Shown: positions 24,906 through 34,709 of the stretch, one piece after another | Numbering within the stretch: position 1 is the stretch's first letter | Layout: every line of letters starts with the position of its first letter | IMG/VR virus record: IMGVR_UViG_3300023074_000001 | Location: 71,655-135,654 of that record | DNA length: 64,000 nucleotides | Origin: a virus | Reading direction: 5' to 3' (one strand) | Translations under genes and position numbers: made by a program | The notes under the pieces: model-generated | What the model was told of the DNA's origin: nothing | The model's database searches: none | What the model saw: the letters and a program-made list of their open reading frames with translations, nothing else

Positions 24906-25768
24906 TGGCTACCTTATCCACATCAAGTATCAACTGGCTTGCTGATCAGTGGGAGGCTGCGTATGGCTCAGCAGTACTATCTGGAATAGTTGGTGATTTA
25001 GCTCACAAATCCAGGGGTGGTTATCATATCTCCCGCCAGGATCAGGGCTCATCTAACTACAGTGTAACACGAGCAGATGACCGTAGTGGTCCTAGCGATA
25101 GGGCTGCCGCTATTGATATGACCATGAGTACCGCTGACATGATCAGATGTCATAAACGCCTGAGAGCAATCTGGGAAAATCGTTCCAGCGACCCTCGCAT
25201 GAAATATATTAATGCGTGGAATGGCTGGGATGGTCAAGGAGATGCGGGTCGTTATGATGTTGTTACAGGATCAGTCAGTTTTGCTACCGCAGACCACAAG
25301 TGGCACATTCATTTAGAAATTCGCCGTAGATATGTTAACGATATGAATGCTATGAGGGCAATTCTATCTATGCTGAAAGGCGAGACAAGTTTAGTAGCAG
25401 GAGATGATGACGATATGGCTCTAACAGACGCAGAAATTAGTAAGGTAGCTACCGCAGTATGGGCTAAGGCTCTTAATATTGAAACAGATTCAAAGAAGCC
25501 TGACAACCCTCAGCCAGCAGGAGGTATTCTACGATACATCTCCTCTGAGCACCACACTATTATGGATCAGAATAGAGATATTCTTGCCAAACTTGGTACA
25601 GATAACGTAGATGAATCAGCTATCGCCAGTGCTATAGCCGGTAATGCAGGATTTGTTAATGCACTAGCTCAAGCAGTATCAGCTAAGCTTCCTACCGGCG
25701 TGCAAGTAACAGCAGCAGAACTAACAGCTGCATTGAAGACAGCATTTCGTGAAGGCGTAGCAAGTTAA
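24905..25768 (+). CDS. putative endolysin (zinc peptidase, M15-like)
   Basis: GIVGD.AH...GGYH; AAID; HKWHIH; DDDDM linker and helical C-terminus. Confidence 0.75.
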   Translation: MATLSTSSINWLADQWEAAYGSAVLSGIVGDLAHKSRGGYHISRQDQGSSNYSVTRADDRSGPSDRAAAIDMTMSTADMIRCHKRLRAIWENRSSDPRMKYINAWNGWDGQGDAGRYDVVTGSVSFATADHKWHIHLEIRRRYVNDMNAMRAILSMLKGETSLVAGDDDDMALTDAEISKVATAVWAKALNIETDSKKPDNPQPAGGILRYISSEHHTIMDQNRDILAKLGTDNVDESAIASAIAGNAGFVNALAQAVSAKLPTGVQVTAAELTAALKTAFREGVAS

Positions 25769-25836
25769 GATAATATGTTAAAGCTCTAATCTGCTATAAT
25801 ACAGTAGGTTAGAGCTTTTTCTTTATAAGGAGTAAT

Positions 25837-26544
25837 ATGCAATTAAACGATGATGAATATGAACTGACTATGTACGTACCTACAAAAGGTAGACCTGAAA
25901 ATGCATTGAGACTCCAGGACGCCTTCGACAAAACTACTACTGCAATAAGCAGGATCGTGTTCATTAACTCCGATAACGATCAGGAACTTGATCGTTATCA
26001 TGGGCTAGAAAATACCGTACTAGTTTCCCCTGCTGTTCCTGGCTTTGTCAATCCTCTGAACTTAGGGTTCAAACAGGACAGCAATAATGTCTATAGTTAT
26101 GCCGTAGGGTTTATGGGCGATGATCATCTTCCACGTACAAGAGGCTGGGATGAAAGATTTCTAGAAGCCTTAAAAATTCCTGGTTTTGTTTATGGAAATG
26201 ACAAGTTCCAAGAATCTAAAATTCCAACTCAGGTAGCCATGACTTCTGACATTCCTCGAACATTAGGATTCATGACCTTGCCACAATTAAGTCATCTGTA
26301 TGCGGATAACTGGTGGCTGGCTGTAGGAGAAGCCTTGGGCAGAATTACTTATCTTGATGATGTAGTTATTGAACATATGCATCCTGCGGCTGGTAAAGCC
26401 TCCAACGATAAGGGCTACGAATTCTCAAGTTCATTTTCACTAGATTTACAAGACCGAAGTATCTATTACAGTTACCTTAACTCAGGTTTAGATACCGATG
26501 TTAAAAAAATTAAGAGCATGTTAAAAAGAACAGGAAAACTATGA
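25837..26544 (+). CDS. glycosyltransferase (GT-A/GT2-like)
   Basis: VPTKGRP; FMGDDH; H.YAD; IEH.HP. Confidence 0.85.
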   Translation: MQLNDDEYELTMYVPTKGRPENALRLQDAFDKTTTAISRIVFINSDNDQELDRYHGLENTVLVSPAVPGFVNPLNLGFKQDSNNVYSYAVGFMGDDHLPRTRGWDERFLEALKIPGFVYGNDKFQESKIPTQVAMTSDIPRTLGFMTLPQLSHLYADNWWLAVGEALGRITYLDDVVIEHMHPAAGKASNDKGYEFSSSFSLDLQDRSIYYSYLNSGLDTDVKKIKSMLKRTGKL

Positions 26545-27245
26545 ACAGAGATTTAGTTTTTACCGCCTACAATCGTCCTGAGTACCTTCAACAGACTATA
26601 TCAAGCTGGAACAATGTTCGCAACCTGGATCGATGGAATACTACTTTCTACATAGAACCATCTGAGGAACAAGAACTTGTATCCAGTATTGCCATGAACT
26701 TGAGCACTACAGTTACTACGCGAATTAATTCTGAGAGATTAGGTGTGTTAGTTAATCCTTGGAATGCTATCAATACATCGTTTGAGAATGGTTCTGATTT
26801 TGTAGTATTAGCAGAAGATGATGTTATCGTTAGTCAAGATATCTTAGAATACTTTGAATGGACCTCGGTAGAGTATGAAACTGCAAAAAGCATTCTTGTT
26901 ATCAATGCATTCTCTAAGCTAGGTGGTAAGGCTAATCAAATTACGCAGGACCCGCAATTCAGCCCTCTGATCTGGGGGGTAAGTCGTAAAAACTGGGAAA
27001 CTTATCTACGAGATACCTGGGATAAGGATTACTCCTCAGGAAAAGCTGACGGTTCTGAGGCTGGCTGGGATTGGAATATCAACAGAATACTCGCATCCTA
27101 TGCTATGTATACTATCAAGCCTATGCAAAGTAGATCAAACCATATAGGATTGTTTGGAACGCATATGACCCCCGACCTCATGGAATCAAGTCAGGGACAA
27201 GATTTTACTGAAATCAGGGGTCGTCAGCGTTACAACGAAGTTTAA
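26541..27245 (+). CDS. glycosyltransferase (GT-A fold)
   Basis: TAYNRPEYL; LAEDDV; GWDW; SR.NHIG..G.H. Confidence 0.85.
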   Translation: MNRDLVFTAYNRPEYLQQTISSWNNVRNLDRWNTTFYIEPSEEQELVSSIAMNLSTTVTTRINSERLGVLVNPWNAINTSFENGSDFVVLAEDDVIVSQDILEYFEWTSVEYETAKSILVINAFSKLGGKANQITQDPQFSPLIWGVSRKNWETYLRDTWDKDYSSGKADGSEAGWDWNINRILASYAMYTIKPMQSRSNHIGLFGTHMTPDLMESSQGQDFTEIRGRQRYNEV

Positions 27246-27248
27246 GTT

Positions 27249-27899
27249 TTACAGCGGAGGCTGGGCATCAGGTAATGATACTGGTGTGCCAGCCTTTTGC
27301 GTACCCAGAACATATGCTCCTGCGATAGCGGAGTTCAGACGAGGGTCTGTAGCATACACCAAGTCTCCTGGAGTTACATCCATAGGCATTCTGCCATCAT
27401 CGAACAATCTGAAACCTAGCGGGTTAGGATGCCAGTTACCTTTAATGTACTTTCCTCCACCGTTGACTAGATAATCAGCAAGCTGACTACAAATCTGATG
27501 ACCAAACTTCTGAATAGCTCTCTTCAAGAAAAATGAAGGAACACCCCAATGCTTGAGAGCTAGATAAAGATAATCAGCAAAGCTGTATTTAATTCCTCCA
27601 GGACGGGCAATTAACTCCCGTGCAGTCTGGACTACCAGTTGCCTTTGTTCGTCGCTCAGCGGCAATCTGGAGTACATTACATCGGTCTTGTACTCGCGAT
27701 CCAGTGGAGCGAATCTAGCTCCTCCTGGCATCGCCTCAATTACTGTGTCATCATCCATGACTACGAACACATGTGTGAATCTGTTAGAGTCACCTGTAAG
27801 TGCCTGACCTAGATTTACCCACCATCCGGTGAATCCTGTAATTCTCGTGAATCCTAAGTCTCCAGGCTTGAGATTCATACGATCTGCTATTACTCCCAT
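27249..27899 (-). CDS. permuted papain-like (NlpC/P60, YaeF/YiiX-type) amidase
   Basis: LKPGD; THVFV; IEA.PGG; ICSQL; TPGDL. Confidence 0.75.
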   Translation of the reverse strand: MGVIADRMNLKPGDLGFTRITGFTGWWVNLGQALTGDSNRFTHVFVVMDDDTVIEAMPGGARFAPLDREYKTDVMYSRLPLSDEQRQLVVQTARELIARPGGIKYSFADYLYLALKHWGVPSFFLKRAIQKFGHQICSQLADYLVNGGGKYIKGNWHPNPLGFRLFDDGRMPMDVTPGDLVYATDPRLNSAIAGAYVLGTQKAGTPVSLPDAQPPL

Positions 27900-27938
27900 A
27901 ACTACTTCCTCTCCTAAAATCTACTAGAAGTATCGGAG

Positions 27939-27967
27939 GATCGAAGTGTAGGTAAGTATCTTCCCCT
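27939..27967. repeat. dispersed 23-24 bp repeat (copies at 28396-28419 and inverted at 58886-58908)
   Basis: AAGTGTAGGTAAGTATCT core identical in three intergenic sites. Confidence 0.85.
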
Positions 27968-28362
27968 TAGAAGGGGCGCTCTCTATCCTCAGACAGTTCC
28001 TCTAAGATTGCTTCATCAATGTAGGCAGCATTAGCATCTTCTTGTGCCTGACGATAACGTTCTAGTTTAAGTCTCTGCTTTTCAATTGAAAGAAGTTGTG
28101 CGTCAACAGCATTTTCAACTGAGCCGTATCGAGTCACACTAGCCTTAGCTCCTCGTGCTAAGCTTCTAGCACTTGTAGATTTGAGTTTATCTTTATTATC
28201 GATCCACCACTGACAAGTAACTCTGACGTGGTATAGTGTTTCTAGATCAGCTTCAGTAAGTTCATGCTGGGCGATCGAGAAAAAGCTAGCCCTGAGTTGA
28301 TTCACCCAGGCTATCTGCTTGTCTGTTCCTGTACGTAGATCAGGTAGGGATGTAAGATTCAT
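27967..28362 (-). CDS. hypothetical protein (leaderless)
   Basis: LP.L.GT.KQI.W...LR..WWIDN motif; TTGGAA-17-TAGACT 6 nt before the ATG. Confidence 0.7.
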   Translation of the reverse strand: MNLTSLPDLRTGTDKQIAWVNQLRASFFSIAQHELTEADLETLYHVRVTCQWWIDNKDKLKSTSARSLARGAKASVTRYGSVENAVDAQLLSIEKQRLKLERYRQAQEDANAAYIDEAILEELSEDRERPF

Positions 28363-28563
28363 GACTTGAGTCTAGCAAACATGCTACAATATTCCAAGTG
28401 TAGGTAAGTATCTTCCCCTGGGGATTTGACATCCTCCTAGATATGAGTTAAGCTTATACATGTAACCCACGAAAGAGTTTTTAGTAAAGGCCCCGGAGTA
28501 GCTACCGGGGTCTCGCCTTTTTTGTAGGGTGCCAAGGCGATTACTGAAAATGAAAGGAATATT

Positions 28564-29484
28564 GTGGGAAGCAAGGTAGATAAGTCTAAGGCTTATTCCT
28601 GGGTTGCGTACATGTTGACGCATCAACCAGAAGAGATGGCGAAGTTGCTTCGATATGGCACCCCATCTGACAGATTAATCAAAATTGCTGAACAGCCTTT
28701 CATCATGACTCTTTCTGATGGTCGTAGGATTCCTGTGTTTTTCCCAGAATCGCTCAACAAATCTTCCGGTCAGAAACTTCTTTACACTACAGCTAAGGCT
28801 GTATCTCAGTACATTCGTACGGCACCTATCCAGGCTTTCTACCTTTACGAGGACATCAAGAAGAACTTTGTCGTTCGTCGTAAAGATACTCGTGAAAACT
28901 ATCTTCAGGTTGCTGAAGCAGTTTGTCATCGTGCAGCCTCAGAATACAAGCATGAGGTTCTTTTCTCCTTCGATTCCATTATTGCCTGGGTGAAATCTGT
29001 CTACGGCAAAGAATTAGGTTATGTCACTATCCGTAGGGCATTGGAAACTCTAGAGGCTCAGAACTTCTTAAGAGTCAATGAGTGGGGCAGAAGAGGAATA
29101 AGAAACAGAGCTACTAAGATTGAACTTATCACCCACCCTAAGGAATATATACTTACCTACACTTCAAAAATAGACTCATGGTTGGATTCTGCTGTTCACG
29201 GCATGATGGCTGTTTATCGTAGAGAATCCACTACCAGGCAGGATGTGCTTGAGGCTCAGATTCATCATTATGCTGAGCAGGTAGTTAATGAGGATTCCCG
29301 ATATGCTGAAGGCAGAAGACTTTTTGCATCAGTTACGACAGAAAAGGAATTAGAGGATGAAACAACTAACATTGATAGACTTCTGGGCGAGCTGGTGTCA
29401 ACCATGCAAGAAGCTGAGCCCGATAGTGGACGAATTAGCACTGAATTTCTCAGACTCCTTGAGTCTACTAAAAATAGATGCTGA
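28564..29484 (+). CDS. putative winged-HTH DNA-binding protein
   Basis: LGYVTIRRALETLEAQNFL wHTH-like segment; GAAAGGA RBS; TTGACA-17-TAAGCT promoter at 28426-28454. Confidence 0.6.
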   Translation: MGSKVDKSKAYSWVAYMLTHQPEEMAKLLRYGTPSDRLIKIAEQPFIMTLSDGRRIPVFFPESLNKSSGQKLLYTTAKAVSQYIRTAPIQAFYLYEDIKKNFVVRRKDTRENYLQVAEAVCHRAASEYKHEVLFSFDSIIAWVKSVYGKELGYVTIRRALETLEAQNFLRVNEWGRRGIRNRATKIELITHPKEYILTYTSKIDSWLDSAVHGMMAVYRRESTTRQDVLEAQIHHYAEQVVNEDSRYAEGRRLFASVTTEKELEDETTNIDRLLGELVSTMQEAEPDSGRISTEFLRLLESTKNRC

Positions 29485-29647
29485 TCATCCTGCTAGTAGT
29501 GATTTACTAGAGAAGTATGAGGTAAAATCTATCCCCACTCTGATTCTGCTAGATGAGAATGATGAATATCTAGATAGAGTAGTAGGATTAAAGTCCAAGA
29601 CTGATTTGACTCTGTGGATCGAAGAATATCTAGGTATTTTGTTTTGA
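29357..29647 (+). CDS. thioredoxin
   Basis: DFWASWCQPCK; VKSIPT. Confidence 0.9.
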   Translation: MKQLTLIDFWASWCQPCKKLSPIVDELALNFSDSLSLLKIDADHPASSDLLEKYEVKSIPTLILLDENDEYLDRVVGLKSKTDLTLWIEEYLGILF

Positions 29648-29811
29648 TAAGAGAATATATCAAATTTTATACTCGGTGTGAGATCTGTGAAATGCGTCGC
29701 TGTAGTGTTTGGGCGGTATTTGGTAATAAACCAGTAAGCCCAGCCATAGCAGTTATGCATAGAGGATTTCAAATTAGCAACCGATATTTTCAGTAAAAGG
29801 AGGTATCGACT

Positions 29812-30246
29812 ATGACAAACATGGGTCCAGAGTTCTTAGAATCAGCATTCGAACTGGGGGACGAGGGTGTTCCGATGAAGTACACACTACTTCATACTGC
29901 TATTATGCAGAAGATGCTCGAAGAAGCTAAAAATGTTCCGATGACGACTGCTAATTATATTCTCATCGAACGTATAGCTACTAACTACATCATCATCAAG
30001 ATGCGCGAAGCAGCAGGATTTGATATGATCAACCCTATTGCTCAGGATAAACAGAACACCTATTTACTTTCCGTTCTGGCACAATTCCAGAAGATGCTGG
30101 CTAAGGCTACTGCTCAAGAGGACCGTGAGGCTACTCTACGCGAGGTTCGTGATATAATCGCCAAGGTATTTAAGGCATCTAGCAATCCTGCAAAAGAAGA
30201 AGTATTGCAGGATCTTATTCAAGAGTTCAAGAAGGTTGGCATTTAA
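29812..30246 (+). CDS. hypothetical protein, possible terminase small subunit
   Basis: Helical 144 aa; upstream of terL; AGGAGG RBS. Confidence 0.5.
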   Translation: MTNMGPEFLESAFELGDEGVPMKYTLLHTAIMQKMLEEAKNVPMTTANYILIERIATNYIIIKMREAAGFDMINPIAQDKQNTYLLSVLAQFQKMLAKATAQEDREATLREVRDIIAKVFKASSNPAKEEVLQDLIQEFKKVGI

Positions 30247-30431
30247 TGCATTGTACTTGTTCAAGGTCCCACTTTACACCTCGCAGGTGGAATTCGCCGG
30301 ATGGACGTACTACGTTCAGGATGAATCAACATGGCATGACAGATATGTCTCCGGGGCCGAATCATGATTTCTTTAAATGGTTGTACAGCACCGAACAAGA
30401 TTGTACAACTGAGATATCCAAGAAAGACTGA
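30246..30431 (+). CDS. hypothetical protein
   Basis: TAATG coupling to the upstream gene. Confidence 0.4.
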   Translation: MHCTCSRSHFTPRRWNSPDGRTTFRMNQHGMTDMSPGPNHDFFKWLYSTEQDCTTEISKKD

Positions 30432-30516
30432 GATAGGGCGATCTGGCTTAGCGGCTGGGTCGCCTTATTTTTGTTTTACCGATAACACAGTAAGATTTGA
30501 AAGTAAGGAGATTATT

Positions 30517-31050
30517 GTGTTAACACAAGGCGATGACGAGCTGATTCTGCACCTAGCAGGATGCTCACTTGCGCGTACACCCGGGAAAAACAACTGGGTT
30601 GAGGAAGACGCCGTAGGTGGTCTTCCAGAATACATTTGTCGTATTGCTAGAGCTGTTCACCGCGATGGAAGTCATTCCATTTCTCAGTCCATTGCTATTG
30701 CAGTAGGCAGAGTTAAAACATGGGCTCGTGGTGGAGGCGGAGTAACCGCTAAAACTCGTGCGCAAGCAGCAAAGGCATTAGCTCAATGGGAATCTAAGAA
30801 GAAAGCAGCAAAATTAGACAACAAGGTAAAGACTTCTGATTCTAGTACAATCGATACTGCCCTGACAGATCATCAGCTAGAGATGGCGGGGCTCATTCCA
30901 TGCACTGAGAAAACTAATCGTAGTTTGCTGGAAAATGTCAAATTAGCTTATGAATTAAAAGAAGAAAAACTAGCCATTTTAACTTCTCTGGCAGACAAGC
31001 CTCACCTGCTGGCGTTATCAAAACAACAATTAACTGAGGGCTCGCAATGA
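30517..31050 (+). CDS. hypothetical head-associated protein
   Basis: NWVE..GGLP.YI..IA.A..IA.AV..VK.WA motif; GTG with AAGGAG RBS. Confidence 0.65.
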   Translation: MLTQGDDELILHLAGCSLARTPGKNNWVEEDAVGGLPEYICRIARAVHRDGSHSISQSIAIAVGRVKTWARGGGGVTAKTRAQAAKALAQWESKKKAAKLDNKVKTSDSSTIDTALTDHQLEMAGLIPCTEKTNRSLLENVKLAYELKEEKLAILTSLADKPHLLALSKQQLTEGSQ

Positions 31051-32876
31051 GCCTCTCTGATCTACTGGTCGGAGCATTCGATGACAACCCTAAGTCAGGA
31101 CTTGATGACATCTTTGCCGAGGAACCAGTTAGTCTAGATATTTTTGTCAGAGATAAGAAGTTCATGGGTGCAGGAGATGCGTGGGCATTATCTCCTGTGC
31201 AATTTGAGGCTGTAAAGTATGCTGAACGAATTTTCTATCCTGATCTTTATCCTTTGATGGGAGAATACTTTGATCCTTACTGGGCTGAACCTATCAGAAT
31301 GGTTAACTTCGTTAATCTTCAGTGGGGAAAGGGCTCAGGTAAGGGTCACGTCTGTAGAACTATTTCTCTTCGTGTAGCTTATTTACTTCTGTGCCTGCGT
31401 TCTCCTCAGGAATATTTTGGTATGCCAGCTCAGGACTCTATTCACCTACTTAATGTTGCTATGAATGCACAGCAGGCACAAAGAGCATTCTTCGATCCTG
31501 TAGAAAAACTAGTACGCACCTCTCCATGGTTTAGAGATAAGGCTGCACCTACTCGCGGCGCTATTGTTTATGCTAAAAACATCGAAGCTATTTCAGGTCA
31601 CTCAGAAGCAGAATCTCAGGAAGGTCTTAACCTTCTTCTAGGTGTAGCTGACGAGGTTGATGGATTCAAGTCAAAGGAGGAGGTAAGAGGAAATACTACA
31701 GGAAGGGTTCCGCAGAATACTGTAGAGGGTATTCTAGATATGATGAGAACATCTTCTTCTACACGTTTTCCTGTAACATTTAAGAACGTACGTATCTCCT
31801 ACCCTAGGTACCTTGGTTCCGCAATTCAGCGTTTAACTCAGCAGTCTAGAGACGACATCGAGAAGAGAGGCGAGAAGTCTCGTCACTATGTATCTGGCCC
31901 CCTACCTACCTGGGTTGTCAACCCGAACTTCAAGAGATTCGAAAAGGTTTCTGTGCCTGGCACTGATGAATTGGTACCGGAGATTTATCGTGAGGATTAT
32001 GAAGAAGATGTTTCTATGGCGAAGGCTAAGTATGAGTGTAAGCCATCAAAGGCATCTAACCCATTCTTCCGTAATGAGTTTCTTGTTCGTAGATCCTTTA
32101 CGCCAACATTACATCAGCCTGTAGAAATTCAATACTATAAGCAAGGCAACAGTTGGGAAGTTAAATATCACTTCTCTGATGATTTAAAGCCCATCAAGGG
32201 TGCTCAATATGCTATGCACGGTGATTTAGCTGTAACCGCTGACCGTGCTGGAATAGCTATGGCTCACGTTGTACGCAAGGAGGAGTTCGAGTCCACCGTA
32301 ACATTAGAAAATGGTGAAACTACTTCTATCAGAGAGATGCGTCCTATTGTTAAGGTAGACTTTGTTTTCAGCTTCGAATCAGCTAAGGGTGAAAACCCTC
32401 CACGTGAGATCCAGATTCGCTGGGCACGTGAATTGGCTTATGAGCTGAAAAAGAGGGGGTTCAGGATAAAGCGATTTACCTTCGATGGATTCGAGTCACG
32501 CGACTCTATGCAAATTCTAGAGAAGTCTGGAATCGAATCAAGTAAGGTATCTACGGATAGGTCTAATGAGCCCTGGAGAAACCTGATGGATGTTATGTAC
32601 GATGGCAGGCTTATTGCTCAGCATAGGGATCTTCTGGTAGATGAATTGCTAGGTTTGACTATTCTTCCGAACGGTAAAGTTGACCATCCTAGAATGGGAT
32701 CTAAAGATGAAGCTGATGCATTAGCTTGTGCAGTTTTTGGAGCTGTTGAGCAAGGTGGACGAGAAAATGAAGCCGGAGAAACAGCTTTTTATACTCCAGC
32801 ACAGTTTTTTATGGGTCCAAGAGTAGAATTACCTATGGGTATGTCACATACTTTGATGCATCAACAAGAAATTTGA
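31047..32876 (+). CDS. terL: terminase large subunit
   Basis: GKGSGK; ADEVDGF; HGDLA; TFDGF; VDHP..GSKD.ADA. Confidence 0.92.
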   Translation: MSLSDLLVGAFDDNPKSGLDDIFAEEPVSLDIFVRDKKFMGAGDAWALSPVQFEAVKYAERIFYPDLYPLMGEYFDPYWAEPIRMVNFVNLQWGKGSGKGHVCRTISLRVAYLLLCLRSPQEYFGMPAQDSIHLLNVAMNAQQAQRAFFDPVEKLVRTSPWFRDKAAPTRGAIVYAKNIEAISGHSEAESQEGLNLLLGVADEVDGFKSKEEVRGNTTGRVPQNTVEGILDMMRTSSSTRFPVTFKNVRISYPRYLGSAIQRLTQQSRDDIEKRGEKSRHYVSGPLPTWVVNPNFKRFEKVSVPGTDELVPEIYREDYEEDVSMAKAKYECKPSKASNPFFRNEFLVRRSFTPTLHQPVEIQYYKQGNSWEVKYHFSDDLKPIKGAQYAMHGDLAVTADRAGIAMAHVVRKEEFESTVTLENGETTSIREMRPIVKVDFVFSFESAKGENPPREIQIRWARELAYELKKRGFRIKRFTFDGFESRDSMQILEKSGIESSKVSTDRSNEPWRNLMDVMYDGRLIAQHRDLLVDELLGLTILPNGKVDHPRMGSKDEADALACAVFGAVEQGGRENEAGETAFYTPAQFFMGPRVELPMGMSHTLMHQQEI

Positions 32877-32922
32877 GTTTCCTCCTGCCGATGATTAAAA
32901 AAGAAATCGGCAGGAGGAAAAC

Positions 32923-34707
32923 ATGGCAAGAGACGACATGGCAACACCTAAACCTCGTCCTCTAATAGAGCGAGGCTTTAGTGACTACATGCCTTTCACG
33001 GAACCTTATGAAGGTTCTCATTTAGTTTATAAACCATCTGAGGTTAGTATTGACCAATTGGTCAGAATGCGACAGACAGATGGTCAGGCACGCGCATTGT
33101 ATCGATTAGTAACACTTCCTATTAGGGCAGCATTGCAGAATGCTACATTCGTACCCGCAGATAATGTAGAGGGCGGCGAGGAGGAAGCTGAGTTTGTCGA
33201 TCAATTATTCAACCTTCCTCCTAATGCTGGTGGAATGAGTGTGCCCTTTACTCGCGTAGTAGCTCAGATGCTTCAGGCAATCTTTGATGGTTACGCTCCT
33301 TTTGAAATGGTTTATTTCCAGCCCGCAATTGGGCCGTTAAAGGGTAAGTGGACCCTGAAGAAGATGAACTACTTACCAGCTAACACAGTAAAGTTTTTAG
33401 TAACTGAGGATGGTAGCTTTGATGGATTCAGACAGATTACTCAAAAGCCCGGCGGTAAGATCCTTGATGTTAAGATTCCTAGAGATGCTTGTGTATATTA
33501 TGCCGCCCAAGAGGAAGAAAACCGTTTCTATGGGTTATCTTATTTCCAAAGTGCGTACTATCATTACGACAAGAAAGTTAAACTCTACTACTTAATGCAT
33601 CTGGCTGCACAGCGTTCTGCCGTAGGAACCCGTGTCGGAACGGTCCCTGAGGATCACTCAACAGATGAATTAAATGCTTTCCGTGCAGGTCTATCTGACT
33701 TAGGTGTAGCTCAGTGGATGACAAAGCCTGAGGGTTATGAGGTGGAGTTGCTTAAGGAAGGTGGTTCATTCGACTTCTTGTCTTATATTAATCATCACAA
33801 TTCTCAAATGTCTAAATCTATTCTTGCTGCATTCTTTGATGAAAACCAGGGTACAGGTGGAGATGCATCCTTAGTAGATTTTGGTAAGCAGACTGACTCC
33901 TTGTTCGTCATGATGCTCCAGACTATTATGACAGAAATTGCTTCTATCATAAATCATTACATCATTCCTCGCTTCGTAGACTGGAATTACAACTCCAGTA
34001 AGTATCCTGAGTTTCGTTGGGGACCATTCACCGACGACCAAAAAGATGCTATTCAAGATGTCTTCAAGGCTATTGCTGGCATTCAGGGTGGAAACTTCAC
34101 CAAGGAGTTTGCTCGTGAAATCGAGAAGAAGGTTTCTTCCGAGTTTGGTCTTGAAATTGATTATGAAACCATCGAAGAGGAGGAGAAGGCAGCTGAAATG
34201 GCGTCTGCCGTAGATGCTGGAGGGGAGTTATCTCCTGAGGGTGAAATTTCTCCAGAGAATACTATTCCGACAGAGTTCTTACCGGAAGGATTCGCCTTGT
34301 CTAATGTTGAGTTAGCAGGAATCCGTAAAGTTAATTCACAAGAAGGTGTTCGTCGTTATGGTTTACCCATTGGAACTCCGCTAGGTACAGGCCAAGGAGG
34401 AGCACCACAGCCTAGAAGTTCTTCGATAGCTCCAGCTAAGGGAACTATTCAGAAATCAAGTGACCCGAGAGTTTCACAAGGCAAGGATACTACTCCAGTA
34501 AAGGGTAAGGCTGAGGAGAAAGAAGCTGTTCAAAGAATTCTGACACACCCTAGTCCAAAACTGAAGAACGCTAAGGTTCTTGTTTACTCTAATGGTACTG
34601 TGCAGATCCAATTCCCTGACGGAACTAAATCTGCAAAAATAGCTATTGACTGGAGACTGTTCCGCTCTAAGGGTTGGACAGCCTCTATTACCAGGGAGAA
34701 AGATTAA
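32923..34707 (+). CDS. portal protein (DUF935-like) with C-terminal extension
   Basis: Follows terL; DGYAPFEMV; YGLS; HHNSQMSKSIL; IPRFVDWN..YP. Confidence 0.88.
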   Translation: MARDDMATPKPRPLIERGFSDYMPFTEPYEGSHLVYKPSEVSIDQLVRMRQTDGQARALYRLVTLPIRAALQNATFVPADNVEGGEEEAEFVDQLFNLPPNAGGMSVPFTRVVAQMLQAIFDGYAPFEMVYFQPAIGPLKGKWTLKKMNYLPANTVKFLVTEDGSFDGFRQITQKPGGKILDVKIPRDACVYYAAQEEENRFYGLSYFQSAYYHYDKKVKLYYLMHLAAQRSAVGTRVGTVPEDHSTDELNAFRAGLSDLGVAQWMTKPEGYEVELLKEGGSFDFLSYINHHNSQMSKSILAAFFDENQGTGGDASLVDFGKQTDSLFVMMLQTIMTEIASIINHYIIPRFVDWNYNSSKYPEFRWGPFTDDQKDAIQDVFKAIAGIQGGNFTKEFAREIEKKVSSEFGLEIDYETIEEEEKAAEMASAVDAGGELSPEGEISPENTIPTEFLPEGFALSNVELAGIRKVNSQEGVRRYGLPIGTPLGTGQGGAPQPRSSSIAPAKGTIQKSSDPRVSQGKDTTPVKGKAEEKEAVQRILTHPSPKLKNAKVLVYSNGTVQIQFPDGTKSAKIAIDWRLFRSKGWTASITREKD

Positions 34708-34709
34708 AA

